This document shows positions 10,501-23,000 of a DNA stretch of 64,000 nucleotides, in pieces (positions within the stretch are counted from its first letter, which is position 1; every line of letters begins with the position of its first letter). Where the stretch lies: the IMG/VR virus record IMGVR_UViG_3300026097_000876, positions 186,001 through 250,000 of that record; one strand, written 5' to 3'. The notes below the pieces were generated by a model. The model did no database searches. It saw only the letters and a program-made list of their open reading frames with translations, and had not been told where the DNA came from. Both the position numbers and the translations under genes were made by a program.

Positions 10501-11045
10501 AATCATTATTTGGCAAGCACTCTCAAGAGAATCTACAAGCAACATTCAAAATTGTAAAAAATACAAACGAAGTTATTAATGATAATGAACTTAAGACAAG
10601 AGTTATTAGTGCAATTAATCAATTCTTTTCATTACAAAACTGGGACTTTGGCGATACTTTCCATTTTTCAGAACTAGTTGCATATGTAATGAATCAAGCG
10701 GCGCCTGATATTTCTAATTTATTACTAGTTCCTAAACAAACAACACAAGCATTTGGTAGTTTGTACGAAATCAAAGCAGAAAATAATGAAATTTTTATTA
10801 ACGATGCAACAGTTGACGATGTTGAAATTATTGATGCAGTCACAGCGTCAAGAATCCAAGCTTCAGGAAATGTAGTTACCGATACGAGTACAAATAATAC
10901 AGGCATTCAAAGTCAGGCATTGTCTGCAACAGGCACAAGTACAAGTACAAGTACAAGCACAAGTACAAGTACAACAAATAGTTCTAGTAGTTCTAGTTCA
11001 AGCGGATCTAGCGGTTCGGGTAGTAGTGGAGGATATAGTTACTAA
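7506..11045 (+). CDS. Baseplate wedge protein, T4 gp6-like
   Basis: 1179 aa; YDFDTLR...DFNDYI...LIDMIAF, FLELAERRESVLRLARMLSYNP, QNRMITGEDY motifs; Ser/Thr/Gly low-complexity C-terminus. Confidence 0.85.
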   Translation: MSSTDRQNRLLLAEDWKKVYQSYRNAEFRSYDFDTLRRAMINYLRQNYPEDFNDYIDTSEYLALIDMIAFLGQNISYRVDLNSRENFLELAERRESVLRLARMLSYNPKRNQSANGLLKFETISTTESVVDSNGFNLADQTIIWNDPSNSNWAEQFRRVLNSALPNNNTIGKPAKSASVNSVLTQQYRLKSSNTDVPIFNFNKSVNGLPTQFEIVSTDIDVNRSAITEENPVPGNSLAFLYREDGRGNASANTGYFVHFRQGTLNSSQFNVDNPSSNQRISIETENINDSDVWLYALNESGQEDSLWTKVSSTEGNNAIYNSIAKGVRNYYVVQTRQNDEITLVFADGTFGNVPNGNFRVYYRTSANRSLRVKPSELTNITFSVNYISAAGTSETLTIGVELKEQVTNATTSETTPSIRNNAPQTYYTQNRMITGEDYNIIPLTTNQEIVKVKSVNRTTSGISRYFDLKDVTGKYSSTNLYGNDGVIYNQFYENKQTFTFATQTDIEGTIENTVLPIIQNRAVSNFYFANYAKIIVSDLNATWTQSTKGTNTSTGFLKNLNDIPYETGTFTGGSLKFLEPDALLKFVPPAGFYFINDGELTSDATAKGASTYKWVKVISVNGAGTTVDSVTGEGPIVFNEILPANSVLEEVKPKLVKDISADVRAQIIDQVFAYKTFGLRYDQTQRQWRVIINENLNVNDVFSNGKTGDVTNNQLDASWILLFQTNGEQYTITNRGLRYVFESDKELSFYFDNQNKIYDSSTGQLVKDKIGVLNFNTKPDSLESFNNDINWEIVDVYRNPDGYINSKKIEVSFFDLNDDGSVDDPDIFDVIVAPLVNENTKYVFLKREQSDQGFTKYNYYSAGDTINVVDREIEIGAYSQYDDGQVFYIKENENFKVLNNSLLTLTSDYQAYIGRSNLRFQYVHSADESNRIDASASNIIDVYMLTRSYDIEYRKYLAGTLATRPLPPSNDELFQNYGATINQFKSISDEVIYHPVTYKSLFGKHSQENLQATFKIVKNTNEVINDNELKTRVISAINQFFSLQNWDFGDTFHFSELVAYVMNQAAPDISNLLLVPKQTTQAFGSLYEIKAENNEIFINDATVDDVEIIDAVTASRIQASGNVVTDTSTNNTGIQSQALSATGTSTSTSTSTSTSTTNSSSSSSSSGSSGSGSSGGYSY
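10935..10970 (+). repeat. Hexamer tandem repeat (ACAAGT)x6, one copy ACAAGC, encoding (TS)6
   Basis: Read directly from the sequence; followed by Ser/Gly-rich codons to the stop. Confidence 0.9.
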
Positions 11046-14000
11046 TGGCTCAAGATGAAAACGGAATTCCAGTTGGCGACGATAACATCAAAAGAAAAAC
11101 CGCTGATTTCTTACCTCGTTATTTTAGAACAGTAGCAAACAAAAAGTTTCTAAGCAGCACTATTGATCAAATGATGCAACCCGGAGTTGTAGAAAAAGTT
11201 GACGGATTTATTGGTAGAAAAGATGCAAAAGCATGGTCTAGCTCAGACAATTATGTTTCTGATGTAAGTGCTGACAGAGAAAATTATCAGTTAGAACCTG
11301 TAGCAGTAGTTGAAGACACCCTTGGCAATACTATTTTGCATAGAGATTATCGCGACTATATGAACAGTGCAAAAATTAGAAATGCACAAGTTGGTAATCA
11401 TAGTTTAACCAATAGTCAAGAATTTTATTCTTGGGATCCGCACATTAACTGGGACAAATTTACAAACTTTAGAGAGTATTATTGGCTACCACAAGGTCCT
11501 GATTCTATTCCAGTATTTGGCGCAGCTAGGGACATTAAAAGTACTTATAATGTAAATTCTTTAGATAATGTAGATAACTTTGCATATTCTTTTAATACCA
11601 CTAATCCTACCGCTAACCCTACGCTAACGTTGTATAGAGGCCAAACATATGTTTTTGATCTCAACACAGTAGATATGCCTTTTACTATTAGAACTTCTAG
11701 AAGTTTAAGTAACGATACAAACTTATATAATACAGGTGTTAGTGAACAAAAAGTAGAAACAGGAACAGTTACGTTTGAAGTAGATTTAGAAGCACCTGAT
11801 TACCTTTATTATATCAACAATAATGATATCGAAGCTTCTGGATTAATTATAATTAAAGACATTAGAGACAACACACAGTTAGATGTAGGATCTGATATTG
11901 TTGGTAAAAAAACATATACTATGCAAAATGGTTACGAAATGACCAATGGCATGAAAGTAAAATTCTACGGAGAAATTACACCTGCTGAATACGCAATAGG
12001 AAATTGGTATGTTGAAGGTGTAGGCGAAAGTATTCGTCTTGTATCTGAAGACGATGTTCTTATAACTGCAGATTATTTGTTAGATAATGCAACAGAATTT
12101 GATGAGCAAGGATTTTCTACTTTGCCCTTTGACAACGCTACATCTTATGCTAGCGAAAAAGATTATATTGTAATTAATCGTGCTTCGCCAGATAACAATC
12201 AATGGTCGAGATATAATAGATGGACACATAGATCTGTTATTGAAACTACTGCTACTATTAATAACGTTCCAGTAATGTTAGATCAAACGTTTCGTGCTGT
12301 ACGACCGATTATCGAATTTGAAGCAGGATTAAAATTATATAATAGTGGAACTTTCGCAAAACAATCTGTTGATCTAGTAGACACTAGGACTACAGACGTA
12401 TTCAGTCAAATTGAAGGACAAGTTGGTTATTTTGTTGACGGTGTTGAATTAGTGTCAGGAATGCGTGTATTGTTTACAGCAGATCCGGATAGTTTAGTAT
12501 CTGGTAAAATTTATGAAGTAAACTTTATCTCGCACAATGGTAGCACACAAATTACTCTTGTGGAAACTACAGACACAGCTCCTTTAGAAAACGAAACTGT
12601 ACTTGTCAAGGCTGGAACAAACTTCAAAGGTAAAATGTTCTATTATGACGGAACAGACTGGAAACAATCTCAAGATAAAACAGGAGTAAATCAACAACCG
12701 TTATTTGATTTATATAATGATGAAGGAACCGCATTATCAGATTTAGACGGTAGTTCGTTCGTTGGTAACAAATTGTTTAGTTATAAAGTAGGCAACGGAT
12801 CGAATGATACTGAATTAGGATTTCCTTTATCTTATAGAACAATTGAAAATAGCGGCGATATTGTTTTTGATTTTAATTTACTAGCCGATACATACACATA
12901 CGATCAATTAACTGACGTAATTACATCAAGTACTGATACGGCTGTTCTAAGAAAGTATACATCAAGATCCTCATTTAATAGTGTGTCTGGATGGACTACA
13001 GCGAGTAAAAAATCAGAGCAATGGGTTGTGCAACAGCCAGAAGTAAAAACTAGAACAAATAACTTTAAAATCGATGTTTATGATCGTAGCGGAGACTTAA
13101 CAGATCTAGCTATCAAAGTTTATGTAAACAACACTCGTTACACAGAAAATGATCAGTATACTATTGTTAAAGTAAACGGTTTTGCATACGTAACGTTTTC
13201 TAACAACTTAACTTCTGGTGATAAACTTGTAATTAAAACAAATACTAGTGCAACTAAAAATGAAAAAGGTTTCTACGAGTTTCCTATCAACTTTGAAAAA
13301 AATCCTCAAAATGAAAATGTTACAACATTTACTTTAGGAGAAGTTTTAGATCATGTTAGTAGTATTGTTGACAACAACGACGAAGTCACTGGAACATTCC
13401 CAGGAGTAGGAAACTTAAGAGACGTTGGACAACTTTCAAAATACGGATTAAAATTTGTAAAACATAGTGGACCGATAAACCTTGCATTGTATAACCTGAC
13501 AAATAAAGATTACGACGCAATCGGAGCTATTCGCTATGCAGGACTTGAATATATAAAATTTAAAAGAGAATTCTTAAGAATAGCTAATGAACTAGGTTTC
13601 GACGGAGTAGACAAAGTACACGTTGACAAAATTCTTACCACATTAAATAGCACAAAAACAAATCAAGATTCATTTTATTTTAGCGATATGGTTCCTTATG
13701 GCAATGATTCGCTAACTACGCACAATATTGACGACCCATCAGAAACTATTTTTTCGTTAACAAGAGGCATCGATTTTACTACTCTTAATGAATATGCAGT
13801 ACTACCTTATCTAAACAATAAGTTGCTAACTAAGGATAAAGACTATTCAATTAGCACATCAGGATTCTTAACACTAGAAATACCAGTTAAGGCAAATGAT
13901 GTATTGGATGTTTATGAATTTGAATCTACTGATGGCTGTTGGATCCCTCCAACTCCTACTAAACTAGGACTGTATCCGAAATATAGACCTGAAGCATATT

Positions 14001-17000
14001 TAGATGACACATACATTTATGTTACACCAGAGTCTACGGGTCCTTATAAGATATACGGAAGAGACGAAACAACTACTGATACATCTTATAAAAATAAATT
14101 AGGTTGGTTTTATCCATTATACACTTCAGAAGAAGATGCACAAAATGCAGATAGAGCAAATGGTGGCACCGGTATGGCACATGATCATGTGTTTGCTGGA
14201 TATAACAAAATCTTCTATATGCCTAACTCTGCAATGAATCATGCAACTGCTGATGACAATCGTTTTGAAGAATGGCCTGCAGCACAACCTATAATCCAAG
14301 GACACGACGGATCTCGTTGGAGATGTTTCGGAGACTATAGAGATCATTTATTATTAGATTTAGAAAGACGAATCTATAATAATATTAAACAACCGTATAA
14401 CGAAACAATTTTAGATATTGCTGACTTTGTTGAAACTAAAGGACGTCAAACACAATTCGGACGTTACAAAGTTACAAAAACAATGATTTCAGATTTTAAT
14501 CGTTGGAGTGAAACTGTAGGAAATCCAGACTACTCTACAAATACTTACTTTGATAGAACTAATGGGTTTACGTTTAATTACAGCAAATTTGCAGATCCGA
14601 ATAATAATTCGTTACCTGGATTTTGGAGAGCTGTTTATAAAGATTTTTATAATACTGATAGACCGCATAGTCACCCTTGGGAAATTTTAGGATTAACTGA
14701 AAAACCAGACTGGTGGGAAGAAGTGTACGGCGAAGCACCATACACTCGCAATAACTTAATTCTATGGGAAGATTTGTCAAAAGGTATAGTAAAAGAACCT
14801 GGTAAGAAAATTGTTTATAGAAACAAATTTAAAAACAGTTTAATTTACACTTATATTCCGGTCGACGATCAAGGAAACTTGCTAGATCCAGCTAATTGTG
14901 GATTAGCCAAAGACGGTATTGATTCTACTTATTCAGAACCATTTGTATTTGGCGACGAAGGTCCTGTTGAAACAGCATGGCGTCGAAGCTCTCATTATCC
15001 GTTTTCTTTAATTACAGCGTGGGCATTACATCAGCCTGCTCAGTTTTTTGGATTAGCTTTTGATAGAAGCAGAATTGCTAGAAATAGTGCAGGTCAGTTA
15101 GTTTACACCGATACTTCAAAAACAATTGAACTAGATCAGTTAAAATTTCCAAACAGCTCGACTGATAGTAGTAGAGTGCTTACAGCAGGAATTGTAAACT
15201 ATATACAAGGATATCTTGCGCAAAATCAAACAGTACAATTTTCTCAATATCAAACAGAAATAAAAAGTTTGCAAAATAAAATTGGCGCAAAACTTGGAGG
15301 ATTTACACAGAAGGATAAGTTTAAATTAATCCTTGATTCTAGAACTCCTACTAATGAAGGAAATATATTCGTCCCAGAAGAAAACTATAAAATTAACCTA
15401 GTAAAAAGTGTACCAATTAATGTGTATACATATAGCGGGGTAATTATCGAAATAGTGCCGTCTGGGTATATTATTAGAGGATACGATAAAGAGAACCCAT
15501 ATTTCAAAACGTATAGTACTATTAAGAAGAATGCAGATCCTCTTATTTCAGTTGGCGGAACAAGCGAATCATTTTTAGCCTGGACATCAAGAAAATTTTA
15601 TGAAGTTGGACAAATTGTTGAACTTAATGAAGTATATTATAGAGTTAAAGTTTCCCATACTAGTGGAGATAACTTTAATTTAGATAACTTCCAAAAATTA
15701 GCCGAACTTCCTGAAGAAGGCGGAGCTAAGGCATTTTTCAGAAAAAACTTTGATCGCACTGAAGTAATTGAAATTCCATATGGAACACTGTATAGAGAAA
15801 TACAAGACGTTGTTGACTTTATTTTAGGTTATGAACAATACTTAATTAGTGTAGGATTTACGTTTGATAGCTTTAACCAAGACCTAGAAGAAGTAGAAAA
15901 TTGGTCATTATCTGCTAAAGAATATATGTTTTGGACGACGCAAAACTGGGAATCAGGCACAGTATTAACATTAAGTCCAAGTGCTAGACAAGTTAACTTT
16001 GAAGAAGAATATGTTGTAGCAGATGACATCTATAATAATTTTTACGATTACAGTTTATTAAAATCAGACGGTAAAAGATTATTAGCCGATTTTGCAACTA
16101 CTGAACGAGATAATACAAATTCTTTTGGAATCTATGTTAAAAATACTGAAGATGGTATTTACAATTTAAAGGTTCCGGTTGTCCAACACGAACACGTTAT
16201 TATTTTAGATAACAGAACAGTATTTGGTGATGTAATCTACAACAGACCTCAAGGATACCGTCAAGAAAGAATTAAAGTAAAGGGTTATAGATCAGACGAT
16301 TGGAACGGATCTTATAATATTCCTGGATTTATCTTTGACGATGCTACTGTAAACGAGTGGCAATCTTATCAAGATTATTCCATAGGTTCTTTGATTAAAC
16401 ACAAGCAATATTATTATGTAGCAAAAGCAAATATAACAGGTACAGAGTTTTTTGAAGATACTAATTATGTTAGATTAAATGAAAAACCTGAGCAAGCTCT
16501 ATTGCCAAACTGGGATTATAAAGCTAAACAGTTTTTAGATTTTTATGATTTAGACAGCGACAATTTTGATACAGAGCAACAAAGACTAGCACAACATCTA
16601 ATTGGATATCAGAACCGAACATATTTAGAAAACATTATTAATGATGATGTGTCTCAATTTAAGTTTTTCCAAGGGGCTATTCAAGACAAAGGTACAAAAA
16701 ATGTTCTTACAAAGTTGTTTGATAAATTAGGAAGTGCAAGTAAAGACAGTTTAGAATTTTACGAAGAATGGGCTGTGCGTGTAGGACGCTACGGAGCAAC
16801 TACAGGCGATGATCAATTTGAAGTATTATTAGATGAAGAAAAATATAGATTGAGCCCACAGCCTGTAGAACTTGTTGAAGTAGTAGATCCTCAAGATACT
16901 TCTTTAGTTTATAGATTAGATCGAAACAATATTCTTGTTAAGTCTCAAAATTATGATCATAAGCCGTTTCCGGTTAAATATTTCAACGATAATAACAGTT

Positions 17001-20000
17001 ACACCAAAACAGCAGGATATGTAAATAGTTCTGATGTAAGCATGTCGTTGCTAAATTATGATGAAATTTTAGATAAAACATTAAGCGAAATCCCAGGAAA
17101 TAGCTATCTATGGGTAGCTCTTCAAAAAAATCAACAAACTTGGGCTGTTTATAAACACACACAAACTGAATTTAAAATCACAAGTATATCTGATAGCAAT
17201 AATACTACGTTTGATATTACATTAAATCGAGCTCCTAATTTTGAAATAGGAGACATTATTGGAGTAAACGACGTTAATGATGATGTAGATAAATTTTATA
17301 AAATTTCTAATATTTCTTTAAACGTTGTTTCGTTATTAACAACTGACAGTATTACAGCAGACGATGAGATTTCTGGATATATCACAGAGTTTAAGAACAC
17401 ACGGTTAGCAAGGTTGTCAGAAGCTAATTCCTTAATTGATAGTGCAAAACGTTTTGATATCGATAACAATAGTGTTGCATCTGACATTATTTGGGTTGAC
17501 GATGACGATACTGGAAAATGGATTGTACTAGAAAATAATCAAGTATTTGAATTAAAGCCAGACATTAAAAATACACTCGCTGGACTTTTTGATTCTACGC
17601 AAAAAGACTTTGGATCTAATATCTCAGTTTCAAATGATAACAATTTAATTGCAATTTCTGCTCCTAAAGACCTAAACGGAAGTGTATACATTTATCAAAG
17701 ACCAAGCGACAACACAGATTTCGGATATTTACAGCAAATTGACGAGCAAACACTAATATCTGATCAGCAAGGAGGATTCGGCTCAAGTGTTGCAATGAGT
17801 CCAGATAAAAAATATCTTGCAATCGGATCACCAAATGCTTCTAATGTAAAGACAAAATTTAAAGGTGATTATAGAAGTAGTAACGCATATGTTGCAAATG
17901 ATATAGTTCTACACGATACTCAGCTATGGAAGGCTAAACGTACAATTGAAAGTGAATTATCTCGCATATTTGACACACATGCATCTAATCAACAAAGTAT
18001 TGAAGACGACTATGATTCTACTGATCAGTCTTATCCAGAAATTCCTTTTATGATTCGAGGAGATTATTCTTTAGGAGCTGATGAATCAACTGATCATATT
18101 TTGATCAGAGCAGAAACTGACCAATGGGAAGGAACAAAAGCCGGAGATCGATTGTTCTTAAAGTGGAACAAATATACTACAACTAATAAGTTAGGTACAC
18201 AGCCTTTTAATAATGACAGTGTACTAACAGAAACATTTATAAACGGCGAACATACAATTGTAAATAAAGTTTCGGCAATATGTCACGTACAGAGTACCTT
18301 GCTAGTACCAGAGGTAGGTAGCGAAATTACAACAGATGTTGGTAAAGCAACCGTAGTATATAGAAAAGTAAACGACGAAAATCAAATGACACTTTATTTG
18401 TCTAATATCAATGGCCAAATTGGAGACGTTGGAACATTTTTGCAAAATGGTGTTACTGTAGGTGATTATGAGCTAGTACTACCTATTAGAGATGACTATC
18501 ATAGCGGATGGTGGTATATCAATGTAGGATCAACGTTTACATCATCCAATCTTACTGAAACTAATGCAAATCTTGTAGTACAGACAATTAAGTTAGAAAA
18601 TGATTTTTCTACACCTACTCCGTATTTTACAAATATTTTAGATGTTGTACAAAATAGAGATCAAACTAAGCCTACGCAACCGTCATACCTGGGTGTATTA
18701 TCACATACTCAAGGACAAACACTAATAGATATTATCGATTCAAGGTGGTACTTTAGAACAGAATTAACACATGGAAGTAATGTTCAAGTGGGTGACAATG
18801 CTAATTTTTGGTTGAATAGCATAAAGGTAAATGATTTAGTTCAAGATCCGTCTGCAATTAATTTAAGTTTTGATTATCTAAACAACACACAACATACAGT
18901 AGATGATATTTGGGACGGCTGGACAGAAGTTAGATTAACAAATTTTGATCTTAATGGAGATCCGTTTTTACCACTTGTTGGAGACACACTATCTGATACA
19001 GCTACTGGAGAAACAGCTGAAATTGCATTTATTGAAAGAGCATTTGGTACAGCAAAAATATATCTAAAAAATAGATCAGGAGCATGGGCGTTAGGCAGCG
19101 ACTTTGGAGAACCTAGTAATGCTACGTTTATCCAAAACGATTCTACACTAAGGACTATTGGTCCTATTAATTCTACGCATATGCAAAATAGTATTTCCGG
19201 ACCAATTATTGTTATAGATAAAGCTGAAAATATTGCAATACCTTCTACAAATTATATACAAGATTTAGAATACTGGCACTACAGTGTTAGTGCTGTCCAA
19301 GGAATAATTGATTCTACTACTCCCCCTTCGAGTATTAATCTAGACTGGACTCGAGTATTTAATATTCCAGCATCACCCGAAGGAACTCAGTCAGGATTAA
19401 CTAACGAAGGTATGTTTGCAATATACGAATTTAGTGGATCAACGTATCAATTAATTAATTACTTTACGGTACCTAACAGTGCTTCTTATAGGCAACTTGG
19501 TACTAATATGATGTTTTCTCAAACAAATGACAATTATAGATTATTTGTACATGCATCCGGTAATAACACAGAACTTAACCAAGGTAGAATTTATTATTTT
19601 GATAAGTCAGACACAGAAAACTGGTCAATCGGTACAGAGCCTAATTATAGAGGATTGTATAGAACATCTGGAACATATTTTGAAGGAGAATATACAAAAT
19701 TTGGCGACACAGTTTATGAAGCAAAAACTAATTTAATTCCTGGAATATTTAATCCTTCTCAATGGACGGAAATAGGATCAGGAATTGATTTATTAGGATA
19801 TGTTCCAAACGACACTAATTTTTCAATATCAGAAAGTACACTTTCGCAAGATATGCTGGAAGAATTCGGATCGGTGTTTGACGTTAGCAATGACGGAAAT
19901 GTATTAATCGCCGCAGCCAGATACACTAATACTCAAGATAGTAGTGTTCCTAATATTAAAATTGTTGTTTACAGAAAAATAAATGACCAATATGTTTATA

Positions 20001-23000
20001 GTCAATTATTAGAACCATCTGATTTAACTGAAAACTTTGGTGAAGATATTGCTATTTCAAATGACGGTAAAAAAATTGCTGTCGGTGCGTCATATAACAG
20101 TAATGTTAGTAGTGCTAACGGAGCCGTTTATATTTACATGCAACACGGCGACAGCTTTGTTTATAATCAAACAATTAGACCTAAGGATGTTTCGCCAAAT
20201 ACCCGATTTGGCGCTAGATTAGACTTTGATGGCAACACTTTAGCTGTGACAGCCAAAGGAGGCGACATTGTTATAGCTACTTTAGTAGATAGCGGATCAA
20301 CAACGTTTGACAATAATAATACAGAATTTACTACTGTTGATAATAATAGTGGATTAGTTAGTGTATACGAAACAGTAAATGATACATTATTGTACGGACA
20401 AGATTTTAGTTACGACCGAGATACTGAAGATTTTGGAAATGTTATTAAAGTAAAAAATAATCACGTGTATATCGGATTACCAACACAAGCTGTTAGTACA
20501 AATAATATTGTAGACAGAGGCGTTGTTTCTGAATTTAGAAAACCAGCAAATTCTACTACTTGGAGCATAACACGAAGCCCAGTACTACCTGCAGACCTAA
20601 GCAAATTTAAAGGTGTATTTTTATACAATAAAAATGATAACAGCTTAGTGTCGTATGTCGACTATATTGATCCGATCCAAGGAAAAATCGCCGGGCCAGC
20701 TGAACAAGAAATTAGTTTTAAAACTAGTTATGATCCTGCTAGGTATTCTAACAGTACAACTACTTCTGTAGTTTCAAATACCTTAGACTTTACAAGCGAT
20801 AAATGGATCGGTAAACTTTGGTGGGATATCGGAAGTGCTAGATTTATCAATCACCACCAAGGCGATATTATTCAGTCAACTGCAAACTTTAATAAATTAT
20901 TCCCTGGTACACAAGTAGATGTTTATGAATGGGTAGAAACTACCCTTACTCCGTCCGAATGGGACGAGCAAAGCGGAACCGAATCGGGCCTAACTAACGG
21001 TATTAGTGGTACTACAAAGTACGGAAATACAGCATACTCTGTCAGAAGAAGATACAACTCTGCCTCGCAAACATTTACAAACTATTATTATTACTGGGTA
21101 AGAAACAAACAAACCTTACCAAATATAGATTCTAATAGAGTTACAACAGCATTTGATGTAGCAAGGTATATTAGCGATCCTGCTGGAATTAATCACAAGT
21201 TTGTTGCAATTTTAGGTGATAACAGATTTAGCATTTACAATTGCGAATCTCTTATACAAGACAAAGATATTGCAATTAGCTTCAATTGGTGGACTATTGA
21301 AAACCAACAACAAAATGTTCATAATGAGTATCAACTTATTAGTGACGGATTATCTACAAGCACTCCAAATAACGAAATTGAACAAAAATGGTTTGATAGC
21401 TTAGTTGGATTTGATACAAATGATAGACCTGTTCCGGATATCAACCTTCCAATGAAACAACGATATGGTTCTTTAAACGAACCGCGACAAAGTTGGTTTA
21501 TTAATAAAACAGAAGCAAGAAAACAGTTTATTGAAAGAACTAACAAGGTTTTATCACAAAACTTAATTGTTGATGATTTTGATCTGTCAGGATTAACAGA
21601 ATTTGATCCATTGCCGACAGTTGCTACAGGCATATTTGATACTACTTCTGATAGTTTTGCAGAACTTTCGTTTGTTAGTATTGCAAGAGTAAAACCTGCT
21701 ACACTTACTTTAGAAATTGAAAACGGTGTTATTATTAATGTTCTTATTACAGATCCAGGCGAAGGATATATTAATTCTCCAACTTATGTAATTAGTGATA
21801 GTCAAGGCACTGAAGGAGAGTTAGAATTTACATTAGACTCTAATGGTAAAATTAATAACGTTAATATTATTAACGGAGGTAAGAATTATTCTCAAAATGC
21901 AAGAATTAGTATTAGAAAATTTGCTGTCCTAGTAAAAAATGACGAAAACATTAATGGTAAATGGAGTGTATTCCAGTGGGACGGAAGTGAGTGGTTAAGA
22001 ACACTTACACAAAGCTATGATGTAAACCTTTATTGGAAATACATTGACTGGTACCAAACCGGGTATAATCAGTTTACATTAATAAATCATTTAATCAATA
22101 GCAGCTACGAGTTATTTGGTCTTGACGATCAAATCGGCGAAGTTGTTAAGATTAAATCTATTGGAACTGGCGGTTGGCTGTTATTAAGAAAAGTTGATAA
22201 CCAAGATGTTACTGATTACAGTATTAACTACCAAACTATCGGTAGAGAAAACGGCACCATAGAATTTTTAGATAGCTTGTATGATGTTAATAGTGAAAAT
22301 ATTGCATTCGATGGTGCAAACTATGATAAGATTTTTTATGATACAGAGCCAGTTGAAGAATTTAGAAAAATAATTTCAATTATTAAAAATAATATATTTG
22401 TTGATCAATTGCAGCTGCATTGGAACGAATTATTCTTTGCTGGGCTTAGATATGTGTTTACAGAACAGCCAAATGTCGACTGGGCGTTTAAAACAAGTTT
22501 TGTAAAAGCAAAACATAATATTGGTGAACTGGCGCAAAAAATTACATTCCAAAACGATAGTCTTCCCAGCTATCAAGACTATGTTGAAGAAATGAAACCG
22601 TATAAAACTAAGATTAGAGAATATTTAAGTTCGTACGAAAAAATCGATCCTGCCAATAATGTAGTAACTGATTTCGATCTTCCGCCAGTATACGATGAAC
22701 TTGAAGGAAAAATTGTTCCGCAAAGTGTACAAATTATAAACGACGAAGTTGTTTCAGGAACATCAGACTTAACAGTTTATCCTGCAAAACACTGGTTGGA
22801 CAATGTAGGATTTGAAATTACAAAGATTAATATTGCATCAGCAGGCAATGGATACGTAGAAGCCCCAATTATTAATATTACCGGCGGCGGCGGATCCGGC
22901 GCAACAGCAAAAGCCTTTATTGGTAATGGACAAGTTGTGTCAATAGAAGTTACAAATCCTGGACAAGGTTATCTGTCCCAACCTACAATTGAAGTAATTG

